Part shown: one piece after another, positions 32,464 to 41,198 of the stretch
Position numbering within the stretch: position 1 is the first letter of the stretch
Layout of the letters: every line of letters begins with the position of its first letter
DNA from: a virus
IMG/VR virus record: IMGVR_UViG_3300044445_000049
Coordinates: 1 to 47,606 of that record
Reading direction: 5' to 3' (one strand)
Length of the DNA: 47,606 bases
Position numbers and translations under genes: made by a program
The notes under the pieces: model-generated
The model's input: only the letters and a program-made list of their open reading frames with translations
Told to the model about the DNA's origin: nothing
Databases searched by the model: none

Positions 32464-33426
32464 TTACGCCGAGGGCTTCGTGGTGACGTTCGGGACGTGC
32501 ACCACACCGCCGTTTTCGATGGGCGTGATGGTCGCGGTCCGCGTGGTGCGGTCGCGGGTGATCTTGAACGTCGGCAGGATGCCCACGCCCACGAAGGTCG
32601 CGACGATCGAGCGGTCCACGGTCTTCATGGCGTCGTAGTCGCGGAGGTAGCGCATGGAGTAGCCGCCGTCCGATGCCGAAGCGCCGAACGAAGCGCCCAG
32701 CGGAACCGCGGGGGCGCGGGTCACGAGGGTCACGGCGTCCTTGTGGAACGCGAGGATTTCGAAGTCGTCCAGGCGGGTCGACTCGACGACGGTGAATCCG
32801 CGGACCTTGCCGACCTGGCCCTCACGGAGAGCGGCGGTCGAGGCCGACTCGGAGACGTCGGTGATCGCCTTGGAGTCCAGGAGGTCGGCGTAGATGCCGG
32901 TGCCCACGACGAGCTGAATGCCGGCCTGGGGCACGCCGTTGTCGCGGAGGTGCTTGCGGAGCTTGGTGAAGTACGCGACCGGGTTAAGCGGGTCATAGGT
33001 CGCGGTGAAGTCCGTGGGGGCGGGCACGGCCAGGAGCTTCGTGGCGAGACGGTGCTCGATGTCGTCGGCGATGGCCGCGGTCTGCGGCTTGAGCACCTGG
33101 GACGAGAAGTCCGTGAGCTTGAGGTTGAGGTCACCCTCCGACAGCGCGACGGCCGAGTAGACCATCTTCTTGTCGAGGTTGATCGTGGTGCCCGCCTCCT
33201 TGATTTCGTCGAGCTGAATGTTGCTCGTGACGTCGTCGATGTCCCGCTCGCGGGCGAAGAGGGTGGTGGGGTACTTGATCTTCACGGGACGGTTGGCCGT
33301 ACCGGGGGCGAGGAACTCGTCCTGGTAGTTGCGCGAGACGAGCGCCGAGAGGAACGAGTCCTGTTCGACGAACTTGGCGGTAACAACGGCGACCTGTGCG
33401 GCGTCGTAGTCGAAAACGTGAGCCAT
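32464..33426 (-). CDS. Major capsid protein (320 aa)
   Basis: Follows the scaffold gene. MAHVFDYDAAQVAVVTAKFVEQDSFLSALV.. Confidence 0.9.
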   Translation of the reverse strand: MAHVFDYDAAQVAVVTAKFVEQDSFLSALVSRNYQDEFLAPGTANRPVKIKYPTTLFARERDIDDVTSNIQLDEIKEAGTTINLDKKMVYSAVALSEGDLNLKLTDFSSQVLKPQTAAIADDIEHRLATKLLAVPAPTDFTATYDPLNPVAYFTKLRKHLRDNGVPQAGIQLVVGTGIYADLLDSKAITDVSESASTAALREGQVGKVRGFTVVESTRLDDFEILAFHKDAVTLVTRAPAVPLGASFGASASDGGYSMRYLRDYDAMKTVDRSIVATFVGVGILPTFKITRDRTTRTATITPIENGGVVHVPNVTTKPSA

Positions 33427-33483
33427 GGGGGCTCTCCGATCTGCCCTCTCGGGCGAATAAGTGAGGGTGGGGAGGTCCGGGGG

Positions 33484-33999
33484 TTAGCCGAAGTTGGCCT
33501 TGACGAGGGCGTCGGGGTCGAAGACGTTCTCGTCGCCGCCGTGGCCGGGGGTGAGCGCTGCCTGAGGGCGGCCGGCGGGCTTCGCGGCGTCGTCCTTGGC
33601 GGCGGGTTCCTCGGCCTTCGGGGCCGGGAGACCGGCGAGCTTGGCGGCCTTGGCGAGGATCGCGTCCTCGTCGTCGCCAGAGAGGAACTCCATGAGTTCC
33701 TCCGGGACGCTGTGCTTACGGAGGGCTCGCTCAACCCACAGCTCCTTACGGGCTGCGGTCAGGTCGTCCGCGGTCTTCCGGGCAGCGGCGTCGGCCTTCT
33801 CGGCCTCGCTCTGTCCAGCGGTCGCGGCGGCGGCCTTCTCGTCGACGAGAGCGTCTCGCTCCGTCGTGAGGGTGGCCTTGTCCGTCTTGAGCGTTTCGAC
33901 GTCCTTGCGGAGGTTGAGGATGAGGGTCCACGCCTTGTCGGCGTCGAAGTTCTCGACCTCGCCCCACGGGGGCGTCTGCGTCTTGTTGTCGTCGGTCAT
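33484..33999 (-). CDS. Scaffolding protein (171 aa)
   Basis: Charged, Ala/Lys/Glu-rich coiled coil. Lies between the MuF-like and capsid genes. Confidence 0.85.
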   Translation of the reverse strand: MTDDNKTQTPPWGEVENFDADKAWTLILNLRKDVETLKTDKATLTTERDALVDEKAAAATAGQSEAEKADAAARKTADDLTAARKELWVERALRKHSVPEELMEFLSGDDEDAILAKAAKLAGLPAPKAEEPAAKDDAAKPAGRPQAALTPGHGGDENVFDPDALVKANFG

Positions 34000-34054
34000 G
34001 TGTTGCGTCCTCCTGGGACGGGTTGCGCCCTCGGACCTCCCGAGGCGCGCGCAT

Positions 34055-34089
34055 GGAAAAGGCCCCGGACGCGGGTGCGTCGGGGCCTT
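34055..34089 (-). terminator. Rho-independent-type hairpin between the MuF-like and scaffold genes
   Basis: AAGGCCCCG...CGGGGCCTT followed by TTCC on the minus strand. Confidence 0.55.
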
Positions 34090-34099
34090 CGAGTTGGGG

Positions 34100-34837
34100 T
34101 TAGGCGGCTAGCTCGAGCGAGGTCGCGCGAGCGCGGTCGTCGAGTATCTGCCGCATGGCGGCGAGGCCGCGGTCGTCGTAGAACGCGCGAGCCTCGCGGG
34201 CTTGGGAAGTCCATCCGTCGGTGCCCTTTTGGACGGGCGCCGCGGAGCATCCGCAACGGTCGTGCGCCTCGAAGTTGGCCGAGTCGCCGACGTAGACGGG
34301 CCCGCGGGAGACGAGCATGAGACAGAAGGCACAGGGGTTGCCGTCGCTCACCCGTATCCACCGGCCGTAGCCAGAGGTGCGGGTGAGGCCGATGACGCGC
34401 TCGCGCCCGGCGTTGAGGACGTGCCGCTTCGCCGAGCCGAGCATCGCCTCACGGGCCATGTTGAGCGCGACCGAGGAGTCGAAGCCCTTCTTGTGGAGCG
34501 CCTCGGCTCGAGCGAGCTGCTTGCCGGTGACGTAGGAGAGGGAGGAGCGCGCATAGCGCGGGCTCCACCCCTTCTCGAAGACGTCGGCGAGGTCGGAGTC
34601 GAGCCCGCTCGCGTTGTGGACCGTCTCGAAGTACCGTTGCGCCTCGGCCTTGCTGATCGAGCGCCCCGCCTCAATGAGGGGGAGGGCTCGCTCGCGGAAG
34701 AGGGCGAAGGACCGGGTCAGGTCGTTCGGGTCGAGCGTTTCGTCCCAGAGCCGCGTGAGGGCGGCTTGAATCTTCCCGGCGTCGGTCACTTGCTTCGCCA
34801 TATGCGCTCGAGCGAGGCGGGCGGCTGCGTCGTCCAT
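34100..34837 (-). CDS. MuF-like minor capsid (head morphogenesis) protein
   Basis: ..GNPCAFCLMLVSRGPVYVGDSANFEAHDRCGCSAAPV.. (CxxC...H..CxC). Follows the portal gene with a TAATG overlap. Confidence 0.85.
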   Translation of the reverse strand: MDDAAARLARAHMAKQVTDAGKIQAALTRLWDETLDPNDLTRSFALFRERALPLIEAGRSISKAEAQRYFETVHNASGLDSDLADVFEKGWSPRYARSSLSYVTGKQLARAEALHKKGFDSSVALNMAREAMLGSAKRHVLNAGRERVIGLTRTSGYGRWIRVSDGNPCAFCLMLVSRGPVYVGDSANFEAHDRCGCSAAPVQKGTDGWTSQAREARAFYDDRGLAAMRQILDDRARATSLELAA

Positions 34838-36231
34838 TAGGCGGCGGCCGGGACAGCCTCAGCGGGAGGGGCGTTCGGCGTCGTCTGGCGAGCGGCGGCG
34901 AGGGTAGCCTCGGCCGCTGCGGCCTGGCGCTCAATCTCCGCGGTGAGCGAGTCGAGCGCGTCGGGCTTGAGCAACTCGCGCCAGCGCTTGAGGTCGGAGT
35001 CGGTCACGCCGGGCACGCGCTCCCAGAGCGCCTCCTGAGGCACGCCGAGCATCTGCGCCATCTTGCCGAGGGCGTCGACGGTGGCCGCGAGGTTCTCACC
35101 TCCGGCGTCACGCCAGCGGACCTGAGCCTCATCGCCCGGGATGGTGGAGCCGGAGGCGATAGCGGCGAGACGGAAGACCGACTCCCAGGACTCGCCGAAG
35201 AGGGTCTCGAGCTCGGAGCGCTTGCGGCGGGTCGAGTGCTGCATGTTCGTCAGGGCGTCGCCCGAGACGTTGATGAGTTCGCCCATGAGCACGTCCGGGC
35301 TGATCTGCCCAAGGGCGGCCAGCGTGCGGACGGTCGACTTGTAGGCCTCGTGATGGCCGGAGAGTTCCGTCTGAGCGAAGTCGCCGAAGCGGGCCTCGTG
35401 CGAGTCGGATACCCACAGGCGATTGACCGCGGCCTCGAATGTCTCGAGCGGCTCGCCGGTCTCTTCGTCGACAGGGATGGACAGGCCCGTCGCCCAGCGC
35501 TGCCGGAAGGAGGCGTATTGCATGGCGATGAGCGTGGAGAAGACGGTCTCGTTGACGCGGTCTTGGAGTGGGATAAGGGGGCGGACGAGGCCGACGCTCG
35601 CGCCGTCGAGGCGGTCGCGGAAGCGGACGAACGGAACGTGATCGAAGCCGGTGAGTTGCTCCTCGCCGGCCACGTAGACGCCGTCGCGGATCGTGAAGGG
35701 GATCATGCGTCCGCCCTCGTAGACCTCGAGGAGGCGGCCCTTGCCGTCGGGGGTCTTGCCCATCCGACGGATGGCGACCTGGGGGAACTCGTCATCCTCG
35801 TCGGCGTACCACGCTGCGGAGCGGAGAGGGGAGAGGGGGCGGATGAAGGCCGAGTCGGGTCGGTCCTTCGCCTTGAGGACGAGGACGTAGCTCGTGCCGT
35901 ACTCGAGCGCGCCGCGGTGGGCGATGGTCTGACGTGCGTCGAGCCCGTTCTCCTGCCAGCGCTTCCAGGCGGGGTCGTCCTCGGGCGCCTTGGGCGCTCG
36001 GTAGCCCTCGACGAAGAGGTCTTTGGCGAAGGTGTCGGGGACGAGGGGTAGCCAGTTGGTGATAGCGCGCTTGGCGAGGTGCTTGAACTCGGCTTTGGCG
36101 CCGCGCGGCATGTAGGGCTCGTCGTGTAGACCCTCGAGGTAGCGCTTGGGGAGGCCGAGGCGGCCGTCGGGCTTGAGGTCGGCCTCGAGTTTGCCGTCGA
36201 GTTCCTCGGCGAGGGTGGCGGTGACTTCCAC
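34837..36231 (-). CDS. Portal protein (SPP1 gp6-like)
   Basis: GTG at 36231 after AGGAGG-cccc (alternative ATG at 36294). ..NWLPLVPDTFAKDLFVEGYRA.. Confidence 0.9.
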   Translation of the reverse strand: MEVTATLAEELDGKLEADLKPDGRLGLPKRYLEGLHDEPYMPRGAKAEFKHLAKRAITNWLPLVPDTFAKDLFVEGYRAPKAPEDDPAWKRWQENGLDARQTIAHRGALEYGTSYVLVLKAKDRPDSAFIRPLSPLRSAAWYADEDDEFPQVAIRRMGKTPDGKGRLLEVYEGGRMIPFTIRDGVYVAGEEQLTGFDHVPFVRFRDRLDGASVGLVRPLIPLQDRVNETVFSTLIAMQYASFRQRWATGLSIPVDEETGEPLETFEAAVNRLWVSDSHEARFGDFAQTELSGHHEAYKSTVRTLAALGQISPDVLMGELINVSGDALTNMQHSTRRKRSELETLFGESWESVFRLAAIASGSTIPGDEAQVRWRDAGGENLAATVDALGKMAQMLGVPQEALWERVPGVTDSDLKRWRELLKPDALDSLTAEIERQAAAAEATLAAARQTTPNAPPAEAVPAAA

Positions 36232-36318
36232 GGGGCCTCCTGTGGGAATGGGAAGGCCCCGGCGACCCGCGTGAAAGCGAGTGGCCGAGGCCAAGAGGGA
36301 AGGGGTTACGATCGCGGC

Positions 36319-36537
36319 ATGAGCCTTGATCCGCGGCCCGGTGCGCTACCCGGGAGGGTGGACGTTGCGACGGAGTTGGTCTACCTCCGTGCGCGTGCGG
36401 AGCCGCCCTGGGAGCGCGTCAAGCGCGACGGCGTCGACGTGACAACTCGACCCGACCTCTGGACGCCGTATCAGCGTCAGAGACGGGTGGAGTTTGAGGA
36501 GCGCGTCGAGTCGTATCGCGCCGAGGGCCTGATCTAG
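36319..36537 (+). CDS. Hypothetical protein (72 aa). The only credible plus-strand gene; leaderless arrangement.
   Basis: TACGAT-N6-ATG. MSLDPRPGALPGRVDVATELVYLRARAEPPWERVKRDG.. GC3 is lower than in neighbouring genes. No competing minus-strand ORF. Confidence 0.5.
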   Translation: MSLDPRPGALPGRVDVATELVYLRARAEPPWERVKRDGVDVTTRPDLWTPYQRQRRVEFEERVESYRAEGLI

Positions 36538-36731
36538 GCGGCGTCGACCGCGGGCTCCGGCGTCAGCGCGCCGAGGAGGACGGCCTTGTCGCCGCCGTCG
36601 GCGACGTACTGGGCCGCCATCGCGGCGACCTGCTCGGGCGCGCGGGCGAGGCGAGCGCGCCGCTCTTGCTCGTTGAGGACTTCGTCGAGGTGAGTGGCGA
36701 GGTCCTCATCGCTGAGTTCGCGAAGGTTCAT
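36534..36731 (-). CDS. Hypothetical protein (65 aa)
   Basis: MNLRELSDEDLATHLDEVLNEQERRARLA.. Its stop is shared with the convergent plus-strand gene (CTAG). Confidence 0.6.
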   Translation of the reverse strand: MNLRELSDEDLATHLDEVLNEQERRARLARAPEQVAAMAAQYVADGGDKAVLLGALTPEPAVDAA

Positions 36732-36740
36732 GTGCGCTCC

Positions 36741-38660
36741 TTAGGCGACGGGGATGGTGCCGAATGCCGACCCGGGCAACGTCGACGGCCAGGTGTTTGA
36801 CGTCTTGAACGTGTGGCGGAATCGAGTGTTTGCGCCAGCCCCGGTCGATCCGGAGAACGCAATACTCATCTGGCCCGTGATGAGGGTTTGCACCATGCCG
36901 ACCTGGGAGAGGTTGTTGCGCATGTAGATCGGCGACGTGTCGCCTTGCGCGTTCGGCACGAAGCCCGCGGGGAGCATGACCATAGCCGCAGACGCGACCG
37001 GGCCGGAGGCTTCGAGCCCCTCCTCGATCCAAACGGTGACGTCCCACAGCACGCGCCGCATGAGCACGCGACTCCCCGAGGTGATCGAGACGCCCGACGG
37101 CCAGGTCACTAGTGCCGTGATGTCTCGCGTCCCGGTGTCGCCGTAGATGAGGTTCCATCGCCCGTTGATCGGGTCCCACATTTTGAGGGTGCGCCCTCGG
37201 GTCCCGTCGGCTTCCCAGAGTGCGGCCGAGTACGCGAACCACACGCCCCATCCCGCTCCGGTCTGGGTCCGCTGCCACATTTGGCTAGCGTCCGCGCTCA
37301 GCGCGTTGTGCTTCTGGGCAACCTGAGTCACTGCGCCACCAGCGCGAGCCCATACCTGGACGGTCCCGTAGAAGTTCTCGAACGGGGCGCCTTGGGCGAC
37401 AGTGGCGCCCCAGGTGATGCGGTACTCGCCCGCGGTAGTCAGGGTGTCAAGGCTGGTATTCGCGGCGGGGGCGGTCCCACCGAACGTCGACGCCTGAGCG
37501 GCATCGCGGGCGGTTTCGGCGGCGGTTCGCGCGGTCTGCGCGGCCGTGGCCGACGTCGCGGCGTTCGTCTCCGACGTCTTCGAGTTCGTCTCGGACGTCT
37601 TCGCGGCCGTGGCCGATGCTTTGGCCGCGGTGTCTGCGGTCTTCGCGCTCGTTTCGGACGCCTTGGCGTTCGTCTCGGCGGTCTTGGCGGCCGTCTCGGA
37701 TGCTGCGGCGGCGGTCGCCGACGTAGACGCCGAGGTCGCGGATGCCGTGGCCGACGTGGCAGCCGTCTCCGCGCCTGTCCGGGCGGTGGTGGCGGCGGTC
37801 TTCGCGGTCGTCGCGGTATCGGCGCTCGAGGAAGCGCTCGTTGCGGAGGCGGCGGCGGCGTCACGAGACGAGACAGCGGTCGCCGAGGCGGCGGATGCCG
37901 TGGTCTTGGCGGCCTGGGCCGCGGTGTTGGCGTCGACGGCCTCGTCGCGGGCCGTGGCGGCGGCGCTCGAGGCGGTCTCGGCTTGATTCTTCGCGCCCTC
38001 GGCGCCGTTGCGGGCGGTCACGGCCGAGGCGGACGCGCCAGTAGCGGTCACGGCCGCCGTCTCGGCCGAAGCCTTAGCGGCGTTCGCGGTCGAAGCGGAT
38101 GCGGCTGCGCCGTCTCGAGCGGAGACAGCGGAGGCGGAGGCAGTGTCAGCCCGATCGGCGGCGGCGACTGCGCGGATGCGCTCGTCACTAGCCTCGTTGC
38201 GGGCGGCCCAGGCCGAGGCCTGGTAGGCGCTGGCGTCGGTGCGAGCTGCGTTCGCGGCGTCAGCACTCCCGGCCGCCGACTCGGCAGCTTCGAGGGCCTC
38301 GCGGTGGACGAGTTCGTTGACGACGAACGTCTCGTGCGGGGTCAACTCGCGGGGAGCGGCGAGGCGGAGGTCGAGCGGCGCGGCTTCGGTGTGCGAAGCG
38401 AGCACGTCGACGAAGAAGCGCGGGAGCGCCGAGCCGACGAGAGCGAAGGCGACCTCGTAGCGGCCGAGGGGGAGCGCGGTGACGGGGAGCTTGCCGTCGA
38501 CGAGGCGGACGTCGTAACGACGTCGGGTCACGAACGACGGGGGAACCGCTCCGGCGTCTCCTCGGGCGAGGACGAGCGTGAAGCGGACCTCCCCTGTCGG
38601 GACGTCCGGGATGCCCGGCTCAGTGAAGGTGGCCGTGGCGTAGCCGAGGGGGACAGGCAT
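36741..38660 (-). CDS. Fibre-like protein (639 aa): N-terminal domain, ~270-aa Ala/Thr/Ser heptad coiled coil, 248-aa C-terminal globular domain
   Basis: ATG at 38660 after TAGGAGG-cccc. Heptads TAETNAK/ASETSAK/TADTAAK/ASATAAK/TSETNSK/TSETNAA.. The ORF-track N-terminal extension over terL is rejected. Confidence 0.8.
   Translation of the reverse strand: MPVPLGYATATFTEPGIPDVPTGEVRFTLVLARGDAGAVPPSFVTRRRYDVRLVDGKLPVTALPLGRYEVAFALVGSALPRFFVDVLASHTEAAPLDLRLAAPRELTPHETFVVNELVHREALEAAESAAGSADAANAARTDASAYQASAWAARNEASDERIRAVAAADRADTASASAVSARDGAAASASTANAAKASAETAAVTATGASASAVTARNGAEGAKNQAETASSAAATARDEAVDANTAAQAAKTTASAASATAVSSRDAAAASATSASSSADTATTAKTAATTARTGAETAATSATASATSASTSATAAAASETAAKTAETNAKASETSAKTADTAAKASATAAKTSETNSKTSETNAATSATAAQTARTAAETARDAAQASTFGGTAPAANTSLDTLTTAGEYRITWGATVAQGAPFENFYGTVQVWARAGGAVTQVAQKHNALSADASQMWQRTQTGAGWGVWFAYSAALWEADGTRGRTLKMWDPINGRWNLIYGDTGTRDITALVTWPSGVSITSGSRVLMRRVLWDVTVWIEEGLEASGPVASAAMVMLPAGFVPNAQGDTSPIYMRNNLSQVGMVQTLITGQMSIAFSGSTGAGANTRFRHTFKTSNTWPSTLPGSAFGTIPVA
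37488..38300. repeat. Degenerate 21-bp periodic tandem repeats (coding heptads)
   Basis: For example gttcgtctccgacgtcttcga / gttcgtctcggacgtcttcgc / ggccgtggccgatgctttggc ... Confidence 0.75.
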
Positions 38661-38668
38661 GGGGCCTC

Positions 38669-40372
38669 CTAGAAGCCGATGAGGCGTCCCGGAGCGCGGC
38701 GCTTCTTCTTGAGAGCGCCCTCGCCGAGGACGCGAGTGCGGGCGAGCCGAGCCAGGACGAGGGCTGCTAGCGCGTCGACCTTCTTGGGCGACTCGCGGGT
38801 CTCCTTGCCGAAGGCGACGCCCCAGCGGTTCGGCCGGCGGCGAGCGTTGAGAACGTGACGGGTGAGAATCTCGTGGGCGGCCAGGCCTTTGGACGAGCCC
38901 GCGTAGAGCTCGTGAGCGCGCCAGGGGAGTTCCCGGTCTGTGATGTTGCGGTGGAGCGCCTCGACGGCGCGCGTGGTGTCCATTTGGTGACCACGCATGT
39001 CCCAGCCGACGGCGTGGCGCGTGGTGGCCTTGACGAGGAGACGCTCGTTGTATTCGTCGCGCCAGGCGTCGACGTCCGTCTCCCAGTAGGCGACATCGGA
39101 GAAGAATGCGACGACGTCGAGGTGCCCGAAGGCCCATTCGACGGCCTCGCGGACTTCCTCCTTGGGGACGGCCCAGCCTTGGCCGGAGGGCCCTTCGGGC
39201 TTCTCCCAAATGGCGAGCAGGAACGGGGCTCCATCGTCGACGCGGACCGCTACGAGGGCGGTCGAGTCGTCGGTGAGGGAGCCGTCGAAGCCGAGGGTCA
39301 CGACGTCGCCGTCGGCGTTGCGCCGAGTCGGGTCGCCGAGGCGGAGGGGCTCGATCGCGGGGCGCTCTCCCTCTCCGGCTCGGTTACCGTGCCACTCGGC
39401 GGGGGATACCCACGAGTCGGCGGCGGCGACGATTTGGTTGAGGTAGAAGCGGCGGGCCTGTTCGGGCGGGAGGTCGGGGTCGTAGAACTCGCGGATGATG
39501 CGGTCGAGGTTCACCCAATGGGAATCGCCGTAGGCGATGGCGAGGGCCGCTTCGACGGCGGAGCGGTCGGCGATGTTGACGTCGTCCGGGGCCTGGCGGG
39601 AGTCGTAGAGGATGCCGTCGGCAATCGAGCGGCCCTCGAGGATCGCCAGGAAGGCGAGGTAGGACTTCTCGGCCGTCGAGTCGCGGCCGGGCTCGTGAGC
39701 GTTGGTCGTCTCGATCGAGCGCCCGTCGACTTTGCCTAGGTTGCGTCGGATGACGTCGGCGAGGTCGTGGCCGCGGTTACTTGCGGTCCAGTGGTGCGTC
39801 TCGTCCATGATCGCGAACGTGTAGCGCCCGCCCTCGGCCGTCGACGCGGAGGCTGTGACGGCGACGAGCTTGCCGCCGGCCGGCGTGAGGATGCGGGTCA
39901 TGCCGATGTCGACGCCGTAGAGGTCGACGAAGTCGGGGTTGCCCGCCATCGCGCGGATGGCGTCGGTCGTGTTCTTTGTCTGCGTCTCGGAAACGCCAGC
40001 GATGACGACCCACGGCATCGGGTGGGGCTCGGCGAACGGGTGGCCGTCCTCGTCGATGTCAACGGGCAGGACGGGGCCGCACAGCTCGGCGAGGGCGATG
40101 GCGCCGAGGAAGGGTGACTTGCCCCAGCCCTTCGCGCGACGGAGGACGCCTCGGCGGCACTTGAAGCGCCAGACGACCCGGCCGAAGGCGTCGCGGCTAG
40201 CGACCTCGACGGCGTAGAAGTGGAGGACGAAGTTCTGTTGCTCGGGCGTGAGCTTGAGGAGCTCTTGGACGCCGTCGGGGCGCCAGAGCGTCGACTCAAT
40301 CCAGCCGATGACGGCGTAGCCGATCGTCGGGGCGTTCTCAGGGAAGGGCTCGAGGAGGTCGATGCGGGACAC
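38669..40372 (-). CDS. terL: Terminase large subunit (567 aa)
   Basis: Size and position after the small subunit gene. ..FAIMDETHHW.. (Walker B-like) and a C-terminal nuclease half. Confidence 0.9.
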   Translation of the reverse strand: MSRIDLLEPFPENAPTIGYAVIGWIESTLWRPDGVQELLKLTPEQQNFVLHFYAVEVASRDAFGRVVWRFKCRRGVLRRAKGWGKSPFLGAIALAELCGPVLPVDIDEDGHPFAEPHPMPWVVIAGVSETQTKNTTDAIRAMAGNPDFVDLYGVDIGMTRILTPAGGKLVAVTASASTAEGGRYTFAIMDETHHWTASNRGHDLADVIRRNLGKVDGRSIETTNAHEPGRDSTAEKSYLAFLAILEGRSIADGILYDSRQAPDDVNIADRSAVEAALAIAYGDSHWVNLDRIIREFYDPDLPPEQARRFYLNQIVAAADSWVSPAEWHGNRAGEGERPAIEPLRLGDPTRRNADGDVVTLGFDGSLTDDSTALVAVRVDDGAPFLLAIWEKPEGPSGQGWAVPKEEVREAVEWAFGHLDVVAFFSDVAYWETDVDAWRDEYNERLLVKATTRHAVGWDMRGHQMDTTRAVEALHRNITDRELPWRAHELYAGSSKGLAAHEILTRHVLNARRRPNRWGVAFGKETRESPKKVDALAALVLARLARTRVLGEGALKKKRRAPGRLIGF

Positions 40373-40387
40373 GCGGCCTCCTACGGG

Positions 40388-40783
40388 CTAGAACGGGGCG
40401 GCGCCCTCTCGCTTGATCGGGGTGACGTTGCCCGCGGCGGGGCGGGAGGCCCAGCGCTTGTTAGCGAGCGACGCGGCGGCGGCAGACGCGCCGGAGCGGC
40501 TGTCGAGGCCGAGGGCTCGAAGCATGGCAACGGCTTCGCGGCGGTAGTGACGGACCTCAGCGATGAGGGGGTGTGCGACGGGTTGGCCTTGGGAACCGGA
40601 GGCGATAACGCCCTCCTCGTCGACCTTGCGTTGCATGGTGTCGGCGGCGTCGATGAGGTCGCACGCGGACATGAGACCGGTGAGGGCAGGGCCGGAGAGG
40701 GCGGGATGCGCGGCCAGCGTGTCGGCGAAGGTGCGCTTGGCGGAGGAGCGCCAGGAGGCGCGAGGACGCGGGGCGTCGGTCAT
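40388..40783 (-). CDS. terS: Terminase small subunit (P27-family-like, 131 aa)
   Basis: Position between the HNH and terL genes. Typical length and Ala-rich C-terminus. Confidence 0.75.
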   Translation of the reverse strand: MTDAPRPRASWRSSAKRTFADTLAAHPALSGPALTGLMSACDLIDAADTMQRKVDEEGVIASGSQGQPVAHPLIAEVRHYRREAVAMLRALGLDSRSGASAAAASLANKRWASRPAAGNVTPIKREGAAPF

Positions 40784-40808
40784 GCGGCACCTCCTCGGGG
40801 CGGGGACT

Positions 40809-41048
40809 CTAGTAGGGCGGTCGTCCGAAGTTGTGGACGTGCTCCACGTAGCGCTTGGCGTATTCGGGCACCGGCCAGGCGGGCGTTACGGGGGTGGGGC
40901 TCGCGGCGGTGATATCGACGACCATGAAGCCGCCCGGGGCGGCGGTCACGGCGAGCCCGCTGAGGGCGGGCCCGTAAGGGCTCGGTTTCCAATGTCGGTG
41001 GGCGATCCACTCGCGAGACTCCCGTGCGAGGCGCTGGGAGGGCGTCAT
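40809..41048 (-). CDS. Hypothetical protein (79 aa)
   Basis: ATG at 41048 after GAAAGG. Confidence 0.5.
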   Translation of the reverse strand: MTPSQRLARESREWIAHRHWKPSPYGPALSGLAVTAAPGGFMVVDITAASPTPVTPAWPVPEYAKRYVEHVHNFGRPPY

Positions 41049-41198
41049 ATCGGGGCCTTTCTGAGTGGTAAACGGGCGATTTGAGTCGCGTTTTTCATTT
41101 CGCAAAAACGGAACTCATGCGCATAGACAGGGGGACGCTATGCCTCCCCGGGCTCGGAGCGATGGGGGTAGGGGGAGTCCCTCCCCACCCCTCTCGGG

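Noticed and set aside
37488-38300. Periodic 21-bp repeats as a CRISPR array or non-coding VNTR.
   Set aside because: There is no repeat/spacer alternation. The period is exactly 7 codons in the open, high-GC3 frame of the fibre gene and encodes coiled-coil heptads.
38661-39209. N-terminal extension of the fibre ORF (track ORF 36741..39209) overlapping terL. Analogous upstream extensions occur in 5220..6284, 19158..20246, 21291..22724, 31280..32167, 24346..25542 and 16531..17952.
   Set aside because: The extensions overlap better-supported genes in another frame, lack SD sites, and have Arg/Pro-rich nonsense composition. Internal starts with SD sites or 4-nt start-stop coupling fit better.
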